From Felis catus (taxonomy: Eukaryota): a stretch of 64,000 bases of DNA. Where the stretch lies: positions 152,088,001 through 152,152,000 of the forward strand of contig NC_058368.1 of assembly GCF_018350175.1 (NCBI RefSeq), in the 5' to 3' direction. Numbering within the stretch: the first letter of the stretch is position 1; each line of letters begins with the position of its first letter. The notes under the pieces were generated by a model that did not search any database, was not told the DNA's origin, and saw only the letters and a list, made by a program, of their open reading frames with translations. This document shows, one piece after another, positions 63,915 through 64,000 of the stretch. Made by a program: the position numbers and the translations under genes.

Positions 63915-63987
63915 CTTTGGAGAGACAGAGAGAAATCGCATTCACCATATGCAGTTGTTAATGATGTAACCAACATTTATTTAAATT
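63915..63987 (-). pseudogene. Relic exon, RGS-like domain A (helix 4-5)
   Basis: attattttag|AATTTA...CCAAAG|gtaaga. Reads NLNKCWLHH*QLHMVNAISLCLSK and joins in frame to the next exon (EKPQ*YL), resembling RGSL1 GNAIFRHLLGDRICELYL (recalled). Confidence 0.6.
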
Positions 63988-64000
63988 CTAAAATAATGAT

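Larger units (their letters stand above)
149..63987 (-). pseudogene. Decayed multi-exon gene encoding a multi-RGS-domain protein (RGS22/RGSL1-like paralogue); extends beyond both window ends
   Basis: About 30 non-repeat segments bounded by minus-strand polypyrimidine-AG acceptors and GT donors. Translations with stops and frameshifts give RGS helix motifs in colinear order, e.g. LLKFWKRC..RKALCEEYLES, DHDMFQEQQLRKIYSFL, KSRRIKSIFLNS*ASLLI, VATII.SCIDGSFIP..KLRVDL, TVQL*DDTRSKV. Family assignment is by eye against remembered sequences. Confidence 0.75.

Noticed and set aside
149..63987. Calling the relic RGS22 or RGSL1 itself
   Set aside because: A mammalian orthologue should show long near-identical peptides. 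Only motif-level similarity is present and the domain count is higher, so no gene symbol is given.
1..64000. Prokaryotic-type systems (CRISPR arrays, operons, IS elements)
   Set aside because: The DNA is mammalian, with no regularly spaced repeats or dense ORF structure.

Overview
AT-rich, repeat-rich mammalian DNA. The carnivore tRNA-derived SINEs, including young CpG-rich copies of the felid SINEC_Fc type, and a young 5'-truncated L1 point to a cat-family genome. I found no intact protein-coding gene, and nearly all ORFs in the supplied track come from SINE, L1 or simple-repeat sequence. The main signal, read by hand between the repeats, is about 30 exon-like segments on the minus strand spread over the whole window (63,987 down to 149). 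Most keep ag/gt splice signals, several are separated by 70-90 nt introns, and nearly all carry stops or frameshifts. Their translations repeatedly give RGS-domain helix motifs in the expected order, of the RGS22/RGSL1 type. I read this as an old, decayed, intron-containing gene with at least 10 and possibly 12-13 RGS-like domains, running off both ends of the window. The 64-54 kb part is colinear with the C-terminal half of RGSL1 but far too divergent to be its orthologue, and the relic continues with many more domains past where RGSL1 ends. All protein comparisons are by eye against RGS22, RGSL1 and RGS4 sequences recalled from memory and need HMM or alignment confirmation. Repeat family names and most repeat boundaries are approximate.
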